Translations under genes and position numbers: made by a program
Shown: piece after piece, positions 36,101 to 45,154 of the stretch
Numbering within the stretch: the first letter of the stretch is position 1
Layout of the letters: the number at the start of each line of letters is the position of its first letter
The notes under the pieces: model-generated
The model's input: only the letters and a program-made list of their open reading frames with translations
What the model was told of the DNA's origin: nothing
The model's database searches: none
Origin: Actinomycetota bacterium
GTDB taxonomy: Bacteria > Actinomycetota > Actinomycetes > S36-B12
Direction: 5' to 3'
NCBI GenBank assembly: GCA_041164085.1
Contig: JBEAQC010000016.1
Span: 1-51,846, forward strand
Length of the DNA: 51,846 nucleotides

Positions 36101-36371
36101 CGCCCTCGGCGACCTTGTCGAGCAGCCCGCTGTTGCGGGTGCTTCGCTGGTCCAATTGCGAGCCGAGACGAAGGCAGCCCCGGGCGTCCCGCGCGTGCAG
36201 GAGCAGCCGAGCCTCGGTGAGGATCCAGCCTGGCTCATCGATGAGATCACGTCGGCGGTCACCCGCGTGCGCAGCGAGGAGTTCCCCGCAGTCGTCTGCT
36301 CGGAGTGCCGTACCTGTCCCTTCACTCTCCTGTGCCCTGCCCAGGCCGCGGGGAGGTCGGTGCTCCCATGA
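33129..36371 (+). CDS. adnA: AdnA-type UvrD-like helicase / RecB-family nuclease subunit
   Basis: ATG at 33129 (33150 also possible). UvrD-like motor with VDDFQE and a C-terminal PD-(D/E)XK nuclease (GAIDRVEIDSDGRVHLVDFKTAR). Cys motifs QKCPLRWF ... CRTCPFTLLC. ATGA-coupled to adnB. Rv3202c-like. Confidence 0.85.
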   Translation: MSGATDGMSVMPGPILHRSPPQAAPHRVLDPAQQRVVDWRGPGTCVVLGSPATGGTTTLMESVVARMRDVPAARMLVICRDRDAVKRMRAALARRLPHAALPTVTTFHGLAYALVRRTTTPDTPMPRLLSGAEEDARIRDLLRGAIDDGALNWPEDLMAASSTLGFANDLRAVLTRARELGIGPERLTEVGRDARVPAWEVLGHLAEIDDDVMALEGIVDYSRLLELAIGAARQWRGELECIWVDDFQEAGALQRHLLIALTSPSTSTVVFADPDVAAFGFRGGDRLGALRLIEEARAHVIVLDRYYAGGGQLREAYDTVRRQPALPGLAADDLRAYRQPQAAESITFGTVTALSHDTWADLAAWVADDLRRLHLSSGVAWDDMAVIARSTEHLESLRRALMVAGVPVTVAASDIPLQEEAAVATLLSAVAAAISPGDLSDRDALELITGPLLALDAAQVRLLARALRAAHRARDDGDAPPSGSRLVRDLLVDTIRGEDAGLDVEGGAATVRDRVVALGRMLADVRAHADGDQAPAQVLWRIWSQALPDDEGWSWPERLRRAALGGHLASGHDLDAVIALFATAERLSDRYAGVVGIRGLLAALSGQRVAAERVTAAAPATPAVALMTAHVSVGRSWPHVIVIGAQEGTWPPSLGSSSALRIHEWEAVVSGDGPSDVAGALRDAAIERMSQERRLFALAVSRARDSLAVAVVTSDTDQPSRFVDDLGVESIHRPGRPPRPLSLDGMVSRLRTIAEDPSAPRSLRAAAIDRLAILADTCDDNGIPLVPRADPAVWWGVADPSPGMAPVRAPDRSVTLSGSGLATLQKCPLRWFLSRVVRAEGPRGKALAIGSLVHAMAEHAARGDIPIDAAVMMGQIDRVWSELAFDAPWEAVAERSDVEAALLRLCTYLRDADSAVAVEHTFTVSIPLRAAQSDDDVDAAITVAGAIDRVEIDSDGRVHLVDFKTARTLPSARAVAEDVQLGMYQLAVQHGALGDLVEQPAVAGASLVQLRAETKAAPGVPRVQEQPSLGEDPAWLIDEITSAVTRVRSEEFPAVVCSECRTCPFTLLCPAQAAGRSVLP

Positions 36372-39300
36372 GTGCGTCCCGTGCCGCCATCGAATCCGTG
36401 CTCGAGCATCCGCTGAGCGACGAGCAGTGGGCGGCGGTGAGCAGTCCCGCCGAGCCCGCGGCCATCGTCGCAGGAGCCGGATCGGGCAAGACAACGGTGA
36501 TGTCTGCCCGCGTGGTGTGGCTCGTGCTCGATGGCCAGGCGATGCCCGATGAGGTGCTGGGCCTGACCTTCACGACCAAGGCGGCCGGGGAGTTGCTCGG
36601 GCGGACGCGACGCCTGCTCATGCGCGCCGATCGGGCGGGGCTGCTGCCGGATGGTCTCGTCGACTCCGGGGCCGTGGAGCCGGCCATCTCGACCTACCAC
36701 TCCTTCGCGAGCCGCCTGCTGCGCGACCACGGAGTGCGCCTCGGCCTGGAGCCCGACGCCGAGGTCCTGGCTGACGGCGCCCGGCAGGCGCTGGCCGCGC
36801 AGGTCGTGCGCTCCACGTCGCTGCCGTTGGCTGAGTTGGGCAAGGCGCCCTCCTCGGTCGTGGAGTCGTTGCTCGCCTTCGACGACGCCCTGGCCGAACT
36901 CGATCTCGAGCCCGATCGTGCCCTTGAGCACTCGATCGATCTCATTGGCTGGCTCGCAGCTCTTCCAGCGCGCCAGAAGATCGGTGACGAGATGCTCCAG
37001 ACTGCGCGCGTGCGCGCGGCCCTGTGCGGACTCGTCTCCGAGTTCCGTCAAGCCAAGCTGGCCGATCACGTCATCGACTTCGCCGACCAGGTCCGCCTGG
37101 CACTGCGGATCGTTCGCACATCCCGGGAGGTTCGTTCCGAACTGCGGGCCCGCTATCCCTTTGTCCTGCTCGACGAGTATCAGGACACGTCGGCGGCGCA
37201 GCGTGTCCTACTGCAGGAGATCTTCGCGGATGGTCACCCCGTGACGGCCGTGGGCGATCCCTGCCAGGCGATCTACGAATGGCGTGGCGCGAGCGTGGCC
37301 AACATCGACCACTTCCCGCAGCACTTTCCGCGGGCCGGCAACGCCGGTCCGGCGCCGCGCTATCCGCTCGTCGACAATCGGCGATCCGCGCCACGCATCC
37401 TGGCGCTCGCCAATGACGTCGCCGCTCCGCTGCGGTCCGTGCATCCTGGGGTTGAACCCCTGCGCAGCGGCGTCACCGATCGAGGCGCGGGAGAGGTTGT
37501 CGTCGCGCTCCACGAGACCTACGCGGATGAGGTGTCATGGGTGTGCGATCGGGTGGCGGAGCTGCATGACCGCCACGGTGGTTGGTCCGGGATAGCCGTG
37601 CTGGCTCGCACGGCCGCGACCCTGGTGGACATCGACGCGGCCCTGCGCGAGCGTGGCGTCCCGACGCGACTTGTCGGTGCGGCGGGACTTCTTCAGGTGC
37701 CGGTCGTCGCCGAGTTGCGAGCCATGCTCGAGGTGCTCGACGACCCCGCCTCCGACCCGGCGCTCGTCCGCCTGCTCGCCGGTCCGAGGTGGCGCATCGG
37801 CCCCCGGGATCTCGCGGCGCTCGGCACATTGAGCGATCACCGCAATCCCGCGCAGGATCGCTCCCTCGACGCCTCGTTGCGCCAGGCCGTGCTCGGCAGT
37901 GATCCGGTGGACCGACCCAGCCTGGCCGAAGCCATCGAAGCGGCCGTGGCGCGTGCGGCGCGCGGGGAACCACCACCCGGACTGTCCGCCCCGGCGCTGG
38001 AGCGACTCACTCGCCTGGTCGACGAGATCCGTCGCCTGCGCCGTCACCTCGACGAGCCCTGCGTCGACATCGTGTCGCGTGTCCTGCGCACGACTGGCCT
38101 CGGCGTCGAGGCGGGCATCGGACCGCAGGCAGCCGACAACGCGCGCGCACTCGCCGACTTCCGTGAGTTGGCCGCGCGCATGACGCGGCGTGCGCCGTCA
38201 GGGTTGAGCGCGTTCCTCGCCCGTTTGCGCGAGGCCGAGCACTACGACGAATCCCCGAAGCGCGATGAGATCCCGTCCGGGGACGCGGTGCTCCTCATGA
38301 CGGTGCATCGCGCCAAGGGCCTGGAGTTCGCGCACGTCGTCATTCCCGCGATGGCCGATTCGGTCTTCCCGAGTGGCCAGGGGCGCAGTCGATGGCCCAA
38401 GAGCGCAGCGGTCGTGCCCTGGGAGCTCCACCCCGACGCGCCTGCACCCCTCGCGGCGTTCCCTGATCGCAGTGCGTCGCCCACCGCATCCGCCCACGAT
38501 GCCTTCGTCGATATGAGTGTGGCGACTGACCTACTTGAGGAACGCCGGCTCGCCTACGTCGCCCTCACGCGCGCCGAGCGCTCACTCACCGTGAGTGGTC
38601 ACTGGTGGGGGCCGGCTCAGGTGAAGACGCGCGGGCCCGGCCCGTTTCTCGAGGAGATCCGGGACTGGTGCGACGGCCATGGCGGACACGTGGCCGTGTG
38701 GGTCCCCGAGCCTGCCGACGGTGCGGTCAATCCCGCGTTGCAGGACATCGCCGTGCCCTGGCCGCCGACTGCCGATTCCGGGCGCTTGCGGGCCCTGGTC
38801 GAGGTTGCGGCCGCTGTGCATGCCGCCCGATCACGTGCCGAAGCGCCTGCGCACGTCGACGACGCTGCCGTGCAGGCCATCATCGCGACGTGGGACGCGG
38901 ACATCGCAGCACTGCTGGACGAAGCTCGCCGGCTGCGCGCGCCGTTGGCGGTCCAGGTGCCCGACGACCTGTCCACCACAGCTCTCATCCGACTCGCACA
39001 TGATCCCGAGGCCTTTGCACTCGACCTTGCCCGGCCCATGCCACGCGAGCCTCATCCGGCGGCGAGGCTCGGCACCGATATCCATGCGTGGATCGAGGGC
39101 CAGTACGCCGTGCAGACGCTCTTCGACCTCGAGGAGCTCGACGCTGCAGATGACCTCGACACCGACATGCGGCTCGCTGAGTTACGCGAGGCATTCCGTC
39201 GCACTCCCTACGCTGCTCGCGCGCCCCTGGCGGTTGAGGAGCCGTTCGCCCTTGCCCTCGGGGGACGCGTCGTACGCGGTCGTATCGACGCGGTCTTCGC

Positions 39301-39538
39301 GACGTCCGACGGTGGCGTAGAGGTGATCGACTGGAAGTCCGGGGGGCGCGGCAGTCTGAGCGATGTGCAATTGGCGATCTATCGGCTGGCCTGGGCGGAG
39401 ATCTCAGGCATGCCGCTCGATCGGGTCTCCGCGGCGTTCGTGATGGTGCGCACCGGCGAGGTGATCCTCCCGGCGCGACTGCTTGACCGAGACGACGTCG
39501 AAGCCATCCTCAACGGCGAGGATCTCAGCGGTCGGTGA
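36368..39538 (+). CDS. adnB: AdnB-type UvrD-like helicase / RecB-family nuclease subunit
   Basis: GAGSGKT, LTFTTKAA, LLDEYQDTS, VGDPCQAIYEWRGA, TVHRAKGLEF. C-terminal nuclease GRIDAVFATSDGGVEVIDWKSG. Rv3201c-like. Confidence 0.9.
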   Translation: MSASRAAIESVLEHPLSDEQWAAVSSPAEPAAIVAGAGSGKTTVMSARVVWLVLDGQAMPDEVLGLTFTTKAAGELLGRTRRLLMRADRAGLLPDGLVDSGAVEPAISTYHSFASRLLRDHGVRLGLEPDAEVLADGARQALAAQVVRSTSLPLAELGKAPSSVVESLLAFDDALAELDLEPDRALEHSIDLIGWLAALPARQKIGDEMLQTARVRAALCGLVSEFRQAKLADHVIDFADQVRLALRIVRTSREVRSELRARYPFVLLDEYQDTSAAQRVLLQEIFADGHPVTAVGDPCQAIYEWRGASVANIDHFPQHFPRAGNAGPAPRYPLVDNRRSAPRILALANDVAAPLRSVHPGVEPLRSGVTDRGAGEVVVALHETYADEVSWVCDRVAELHDRHGGWSGIAVLARTAATLVDIDAALRERGVPTRLVGAAGLLQVPVVAELRAMLEVLDDPASDPALVRLLAGPRWRIGPRDLAALGTLSDHRNPAQDRSLDASLRQAVLGSDPVDRPSLAEAIEAAVARAARGEPPPGLSAPALERLTRLVDEIRRLRRHLDEPCVDIVSRVLRTTGLGVEAGIGPQAADNARALADFRELAARMTRRAPSGLSAFLARLREAEHYDESPKRDEIPSGDAVLLMTVHRAKGLEFAHVVIPAMADSVFPSGQGRSRWPKSAAVVPWELHPDAPAPLAAFPDRSASPTASAHDAFVDMSVATDLLEERRLAYVALTRAERSLTVSGHWWGPAQVKTRGPGPFLEEIRDWCDGHGGHVAVWVPEPADGAVNPALQDIAVPWPPTADSGRLRALVEVAAAVHAARSRAEAPAHVDDAAVQAIIATWDADIAALLDEARRLRAPLAVQVPDDLSTTALIRLAHDPEAFALDLARPMPREPHPAARLGTDIHAWIEGQYAVQTLFDLEELDAADDLDTDMRLAELREAFRRTPYAARAPLAVEEPFALALGGRVVRGRIDAVFATSDGGVEVIDWKSGGRGSLSDVQLAIYRLAWAEISGMPLDRVSAAFVMVRTGEVILPARLLDRDDVEAILNGEDLSGR

Positions 39539-40760
39539 CCTCGCGCCTCGCCTCCGGATCCGCGGTCGTCTCCTCCGGGGCGATCGCACGAGCCCCCGCG
39601 AGCCTGCGCATCCAGCGTCGGCATGGTTCTTCGACGATGCGCCACATGAGCCAAGCGATCACGAAGGCTCCTGCGATCGCGAGGACGACAGACAGCGCGT
39701 AGATGGGGCCAGACTCGATGCCGATCGCGTTCATTCCCGCGCGCCATACGCCGAACCACACCAGGTGCGTCATGTAGAGCGAGTACGAGACCACGCCTCC
39801 CAGGATCAGGGTGTCCGTGCCGAGCCAGCGGGCCTGTCCGCGGCGCGACAGGGCCAGGGCTCCGATCCAGACGATGAGGGGCGGCACGAGCCAGAGATGG
39901 AAGTACGGCGGCAGCGGCTCGGCATCCGGATCGCTCAGGGTGATCGGTGACTGTGCCGTCGTCCAGTTGCCCAGGAAGACCGCTCCCGCGACGACCAGCA
40001 GCGGCATGAGCACCGAGACGATGGTGGCGCCGCGCTCCACGCGCGTCGAAGGATCGCTCGCGCCCTGGGGGATCAGGCGCAGGACGATGAGATAGGTGAT
40101 CGCACCCGCGGTGAATTCGGTGAGGACGCGGATCACCGAACCCCACAGCTCCGTGTAGTAAGGGTCAATCGTGAGGCTGCCGCGCCACAGCAGGGGGGCG
40201 AGGGCAACCCACCAGGCGATGACGAGCACCCACGTCGGCACCTTGCGATGGAGGGCGTAGAGCAGCAGCACGAGCACGGGGAAGATCAGATACGCCAGCC
40301 ACTCCATGGAGAGCGACCAGGCGACGACATTCCACCCGCGGTCCGGGTGGGGACCCCACTCCTGGATGAGCAGCAGATTGGCGATGTAGTCCCAGGGATT
40401 GAGCCACGGGCGGTCCTTATTGACGCCGGTGATCCACGCTTGAGCGACCACCGCGATGCCGGCCACATTGAGCATGACCAGGTGCACGGGGTAGATGCGC
40501 GCGAGCCGCAGCCACCAGAAGCTTGCCGCCGCTCCGATCGCGAGGCGCGACCCCATGCGCGTGAGGTAGGTGTGGGTGATGATGAAGCCGGAAAGCGCGA
40601 AGAAGAGATCGACGCCGAGTCGTCCCACGCGAACGACCTCGCTGAAGACCGGGATATCCATCAGCCCGATCCGATCAAGGGGATCCTGAAGGTGGTAGAG
40701 CAGCACCCAGAAGGCGGCGACGAAGCGGATGCCGGTCAACTGCCGGATGAATACCGCCAT
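39525..40760 (-). CDS. Acyltransferase family 3 (OafA/YrhL-like) membrane protein
   Basis: ATG at 40760. LTGIRFVAAFWVLLYHL, VDLFFALSGFIITH, about 10 TM. Its 3' end overlaps the adnB 3' end by 14 nt (convergent). Confidence 0.85.
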   Translation of the reverse strand: MAVFIRQLTGIRFVAAFWVLLYHLQDPLDRIGLMDIPVFSEVVRVGRLGVDLFFALSGFIITHTYLTRMGSRLAIGAAASFWWLRLARIYPVHLVMLNVAGIAVVAQAWITGVNKDRPWLNPWDYIANLLLIQEWGPHPDRGWNVVAWSLSMEWLAYLIFPVLVLLLYALHRKVPTWVLVIAWWVALAPLLWRGSLTIDPYYTELWGSVIRVLTEFTAGAITYLIVLRLIPQGASDPSTRVERGATIVSVLMPLLVVAGAVFLGNWTTAQSPITLSDPDAEPLPPYFHLWLVPPLIVWIGALALSRRGQARWLGTDTLILGGVVSYSLYMTHLVWFGVWRAGMNAIGIESGPIYALSVVLAIAGAFVIAWLMWRIVEEPCRRWMRRLAGARAIAPEETTADPEARREVTDR

Positions 40761-40836
40761 CCTCACCTCTCCCATCGCATCCGTGGCGTCGCTGAGGCCC
40801 CATCGTCGCACGCATGGGGCCGACTACCCTCGGGCC

Positions 40837-41751
40837 ATGCCGCAGCAGATGTCGGACCGCGCCCTCCTCGCCGATCTTGCGTTGGCGCGCGGCGGCATCG
40901 ATCGCAGTGCTGAACGACGCACTGATGATCGGTGGATCTCCCAGGCATGGGCAGATGCCTCGACCCTCGTCCTGCCGGTTCATGAGGGGCAGGTCGCGAT
41001 CGACGAGTCAGGTGAGCGCGTCCGAGCCATCTCGACCGCGGATGTGCCTTCGAATGCGGAGACGATGCTCCTCGGCATCGATTCAGGCGGCCGCACCTGG
41101 TTTGGCGCGCGCATGCCCGTGCCGGGTGCGAGTGCCGGCCTTCGCGAGGTCGGCGCAGAACTCGCCGGTGATGACGTCGCCCTGGCCACCACGGCCATCG
41201 CCCTGGACAACTGGCACCGAGCGCACCCGCGGTGTGCTCGGTGCGGCGATGCGACGCGACCGGCGCAGGCCGGGTGGATCCGACGCTGCCCCAGCGATGG
41301 CAGCGAGCACTATCCGCGCACAGATCCCGCCGTCATCGTCCTGGTCATCGATCCCGACGATCGGGCGCTGCTCGGTCGTCAGGGCACATGGCAGCCGCAG
41401 TGGTTCTCGACCCTGGCCGGGTTCGTCGAATCAGGGGAGTCCGCCGAGTCAGCCGTGCGACGCGAAATCGAAGAAGAGGCCGGAGTGAAGGTGGGGGACA
41501 TGGCCTACCTCGGCAGCCAACCGTGGCCCTTCCCCTGCTCGCTCATGCTCGGCTATCACGCGTGGACGTCGGACACCGAGATCACTGTCGATGGCGAAGA
41601 GATCGTCGAGGCCCGTTGGTTCAGTCGAGCTGAGCTCGCCACTGCGTGCGAGGAAGGAACGGTTGCACTTCCGCCCGCCGTCTCGATCGCGCGCAGGCTC
41701 ATCGAGAGGTGGTTCGGCGAGCCGCTGCGCGGCGACTGGATCCGGCCGTAG
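40837..41751 (+). CDS. nudC: NAD(+) diphosphatase NudC
   Basis: ATG at 40837. Zn-ribbon-like CARCG...RRCPSDGSEHYPRTDPAVI, Nudix box GFVESGESAESAVRREIEEEAGV, then SQPWPFP. Rv3199c-like position. Confidence 0.85.
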   Translation: MPQQMSDRALLADLALARGGIDRSAERRTDDRWISQAWADASTLVLPVHEGQVAIDESGERVRAISTADVPSNAETMLLGIDSGGRTWFGARMPVPGASAGLREVGAELAGDDVALATTAIALDNWHRAHPRCARCGDATRPAQAGWIRRCPSDGSEHYPRTDPAVIVLVIDPDDRALLGRQGTWQPQWFSTLAGFVESGESAESAVRREIEEEAGVKVGDMAYLGSQPWPFPCSLMLGYHAWTSDTEITVDGEEIVEARWFSRAELATACEEGTVALPPAVSIARRLIERWFGEPLRGDWIRP

Positions 41752-41755
41752 CCGA

Positions 41756-41992
41756 CTAGGCCCCGAGTTTCGCCTTGACCTGACCGAGTGATGGGTTGGT
41801 CATGGTCGTGCCGTCGTCGAACAGCAGCGTGGGCACGGTCTGGTTGCCACCGTTGACCCCCTCGACGAATGCCGCCGCGTCCGGATCTCGCTCGATGTCG
41901 ACCTCGGTGACCTCGATGCCCTCCCGGCCGAGTTGGGCCTTGAGCCGGTGGCAGAAGCCGCACCAGGCGGTGGTGTACATCGTGATCGACAT
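41756..41992 (-). CDS. Mycoredoxin / glutaredoxin-like protein
   Basis: 78 aa: MYTTAWCGFCHRLKAQL...NQTVPTLLFDDG (CxxC thioredoxin fold). The rest of the 447-aa track ORF is a shadow of uvrD2. Rv3198A-like position. Confidence 0.85.
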   Translation of the reverse strand: MSITMYTTAWCGFCHRLKAQLGREGIEVTEVDIERDPDAAAFVEGVNGGNQTVPTLLFDDGTTMTNPSLGQVKAKLGA

Positions 41993-42097
41993 GGGCGGAT
42001 CCTCTCGCGGGGACGGGGGTCCGGCAACGTCGGGCCGGTCCGGGTCGCATCGACCCACGGCGGCCCGGGCGTCGGACCCCAGTGCAACGATGTCGCC

Positions 42098-44179
42098 GTG
42101 GAGACCGGCCTGCTCGATGAGCTCGACCCTGAGCAGCGCGCGGTGGCGGAGTCCGTCGAGGGTCCGGTCGTGGTCTGGGCTGGTGCAGGGACGGGCAAGA
42201 CCCGAGCGGTGACGTACCGGATCGCTCACGCCGTCCGCGTCGGCGCCCACGATCCGCGCCGGGGGCTCGCTGTCACCTTCACGACGCGGGCGGCGGGGGA
42301 GATGCGCGACAGGCTGATGCGCCTTGGCGTCGAGGGCCTGCAGGTCCGCACCTTCCATTCCGCTGCACTGCGGCAGTTGCGGCACTTCTGGCCGCGCGCC
42401 ATCGGTGGCCAGCCGCACGACGTCCTCGGTCGCGTGGCTCCCATCGTCGCCGAGGCGGCGGTCCGCTGCGGCGTACCCTCCGATAGCGCGACGGTGCGCG
42501 ATCTGATTGCGGAGATCGCGTGGGCTAAGCAGGTCGAGGTGGATCCTGCTCGTTACCCCGCCGAGTCGAGCCAGCGCACGCCGCCGGTAGCGCCGACCGA
42601 GGTCGCCCGCGTCTTCGCCGCCTACGACGACATCAAGGCCGATCGACACCTCATGGACTTCGACGACGTACTGCTCACCACGGTGGCCCTCCTGGGCGAG
42701 CGGCCCGACATCCTCGACGAGGTCAGAGCCGCCTATCGCTGGTTCACCGTCGATGAGTTCCAGGACGTCAGCCCGCTCCAGCACCGTCTGCTGGAGCTGT
42801 GGCTGGGGGATCGCGCAGACGTATGCGTGGTCGGTGATGCCGCTCAGACGATCTACTCGTTCGCCGGTGCCACCGACCGATTCCTCCGCGATTTCCCACG
42901 GCGATTCCCGGACGCGACCCAGGTGCGCCTCGTCCGCGACTACCGCAGCACGGAGCCGATTGTTGCCCTGGCCAACGCGGTGATCGCTGAAGCGAGCCTC
43001 GACACCGCACCACTCGTGTCGCAGTGCGGCTCTGGGCCCGATCCCCGAATTCGCGACTTCGACGATGAAGTCGCCGAGGCCTCGGCTGTTGCCGACCATG
43101 TCGCGTCGCTCATCGCCGAGGGGGTGCCGGCCGAGGACATTGCCATCCTCGTGCGCATCAATGCGCTGATGCCTGCTTTCGAGGAAGCGCTGTCGGCTCA
43201 GGGGATTCCTCTCGTCCTCAGGGGCGGTGAGAGGTTCTTCGAGAGGCGTGAGGTGCGTGAGGCGATCACCCGCATGCGCGGCGCTGCGCGCGCTGGCGAA
43301 GCCGTCGGTGAGGACCTCGGGGCGCAGGCGGCATCGGTGCTGAGCGTGATGGGCTGGAGCGCGGAACCACCTCGCACATCCGGCGCCGTGCGAGAGCGAT
43401 GGGAGTCCCTGGCCTCGATCGTCGATCTCGCGTCATCCCACGGTGCCCAGGGAGGCGACCTCGCGAGCCTGGTCGCCGAATTGGACCGCCGCGCCGCCGC
43501 CCAGCACGCACCCGTCGCTCGCGGCGTCACCCTCGCAACCATCCACGCGGCCAAGGGCCTGGAGTGGAGCGCTGTCATCGTCGCCGGCTGCGTGGAAGGC
43601 GGGTTGCCCCACGCACAGTCGCAGACACCCCAGGCGATCGAGGAGGAGCGTCGCCTTTTCTACGTCGCGGTGACGCGCGCCAAGCGTCATCTGCTGCTGA
43701 CCTGGTCTCGATCGCGGCAGCCCGGGGGGCGAGCCACACGGCAGCGCAGCAGATTCCTCGAAGCGCTCGATCCCGCCAGCGCGGCTCTCGGGGATGCCGG
43801 GCGTGGGAGCGTGCGACGGGGACGGGCATCGCGCGCCTCTACGCGCCAGGGACCCGCCGCCTGCCGTTCGTGCGGGCGCAGTCTCGTCACGGGCGCCGAG
43901 CGTGCCCGCGTGCGCTGCCGCACCTGCCCGCCGACGGCGCATGAGGCGACCATCGATCAACTACGCGCCTGGCGACTGGAGCGGGCCCGCGAGCGTGAGG
44001 TCCCCGCGTATGTCGTCTTCACGGACGCGACCATGGAGGCGCTGGCTGAGTTGCTGCCCCAGGATGTCGACGAGCTGCTGGCCATCAGTGGCATCGGTCC
44101 GGACAAGGTCGATCGATACGGCGATGATCTGCTCGCCCTCCTCGCGGCTGCCCGACAGGCGACCGCGGGGGAGTCGTGA
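42098..44179 (+). CDS. uvrD2: ATP-dependent DNA helicase UvrD2 (UvrD motor, tetracysteine module, HRDC domain)
   Basis: GTG at 42098. AGAGTGKT, VDEFQDVS, GDAAQTIYSFAGA, TIHAAKGLEW. CRSCGRSL...RVRCRTCP. HRDC-like LRAWRLERAREREVPAYVVFTDATMEALAELLP...LLAISGIGPDKV. Confidence 0.9.
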   Translation: METGLLDELDPEQRAVAESVEGPVVVWAGAGTGKTRAVTYRIAHAVRVGAHDPRRGLAVTFTTRAAGEMRDRLMRLGVEGLQVRTFHSAALRQLRHFWPRAIGGQPHDVLGRVAPIVAEAAVRCGVPSDSATVRDLIAEIAWAKQVEVDPARYPAESSQRTPPVAPTEVARVFAAYDDIKADRHLMDFDDVLLTTVALLGERPDILDEVRAAYRWFTVDEFQDVSPLQHRLLELWLGDRADVCVVGDAAQTIYSFAGATDRFLRDFPRRFPDATQVRLVRDYRSTEPIVALANAVIAEASLDTAPLVSQCGSGPDPRIRDFDDEVAEASAVADHVASLIAEGVPAEDIAILVRINALMPAFEEALSAQGIPLVLRGGERFFERREVREAITRMRGAARAGEAVGEDLGAQAASVLSVMGWSAEPPRTSGAVRERWESLASIVDLASSHGAQGGDLASLVAELDRRAAAQHAPVARGVTLATIHAAKGLEWSAVIVAGCVEGGLPHAQSQTPQAIEEERRLFYVAVTRAKRHLLLTWSRSRQPGGRATRQRSRFLEALDPASAALGDAGRGSVRRGRASRASTRQGPAACRSCGRSLVTGAERARVRCRTCPPTAHEATIDQLRAWRLERAREREVPAYVVFTDATMEALAELLPQDVDELLAISGIGPDKVDRYGDDLLALLAAARQATAGES

Positions 44180-45154
44180 TCAGGCGCTGACCCCGGTGCC
44201 CGTGCGGGGCCACCGACATCCGCACAGGGCATGCGCTGGACGTGGCTCATGAGTGGGCTGCCCATCGGGGAGGGTGATGGTGAGGGCGCCGTTGATCGTC
44301 GGCAAAGACGGTGGGCCGGGAGCGGCATCGAGCAGGGCGAGCACCTGCAGCGCTGCCCACGCACCCGCGACATGGGCCAGCACGGTGGAGGTGACGGCGG
44401 GCTTGCGTGCCGACCACTGCACGGCGGCGCGTGGCCACGTGGCATCGGCATCTGCCAGATGCAGGTCTCGGCAGCGCAGGCAGGAGCTGTGCCCGGGGAT
44501 CACGAAAGGGCCGATGACAGCCCGGGCACCGGCGGCCGTCACCACCAGGTGGGGGATGTCGAGGGTCATCGCATCGGTGTCGGATGCGGCATCGGGGTGG
44601 GCCGCGTCGCAGAGGACGACGCAGGTGTGTTGAGTCGCGGTGCGACGTAGTCGTCGTGAGGTTGAGCGCGTGGGATGCGCGCGGAGCACGCGTCCCACTC
44701 CCGCGGAGGTGAGGATGAGGGCGACGACCTCGGCGAGTTGAGAATCCCCCTGCACCGCCACCTGTGCCGCTTGGCGACGGTCGATGATGTGGCGTCCGTC
44801 CGGGCCGTGGAGGTGGCGGGCCGCCGCGATGTCCGCCGCCAGGCGATCACGCCGGGTGAGCGTCGCTTGACGCAGTGACGTGGGCAAGCCGGAGGAGTCA
44901 TCGACGAGGCCGCAGTGCTCGCCGACGCGCACCAGCCGCTTCATGAGCCGCGACTGCAGGCCCGTCGCCCGCCCCGCATCGAGGGCCTTTTCGAGAGTCC
45001 GCTCGCCCTTAAGGGACACGAGCCATGCGACGTGGGGGTGGTCGACGCCGTCGACGCGCGCCTGACGGGGCGGCCAGCCCATCTCGACGCAGGTGTCCGA
45101 CCGCCACACGATCGGCACGTCGTCTCGGACCCACGGTCGCTGCTGGGGTTGCAC
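44180..45154 (-). CDS. ThiF/E1-fold protein with degenerate nucleotide-binding loop and RRE-like winged-helix N-terminus (TOMM leader-peptide-binding/cyclodehydratase-domain-like)
   Basis: GTG start at 45154. Alignable by eye with the MoeZ in this window: VAVQGDSQLAEVVALILTSAGVG vs VLCIGAGGLGSPALMYLAAAGVG; GHSSCLRCRDLH vs GPCYRCLYPE; C-terminal HALCGC vs CAVCG. The N-terminus VRDDVPIVWRSDTCVEMGWPP...VDGVDHPHVAWLVSLKGERTLEKAL resembles TIGR03882-type proteins. Confidence 0.6.
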   Translation of the reverse strand: MQPQQRPWVRDDVPIVWRSDTCVEMGWPPRQARVDGVDHPHVAWLVSLKGERTLEKALDAGRATGLQSRLMKRLVRVGEHCGLVDDSSGLPTSLRQATLTRRDRLAADIAAARHLHGPDGRHIIDRRQAAQVAVQGDSQLAEVVALILTSAGVGRVLRAHPTRSTSRRLRRTATQHTCVVLCDAAHPDAASDTDAMTLDIPHLVVTAAGARAVIGPFVIPGHSSCLRCRDLHLADADATWPRAAVQWSARKPAVTSTVLAHVAGAWAALQVLALLDAAPGPPSLPTINGALTITLPDGQPTHEPRPAHALCGCRWPRTGTGVSA

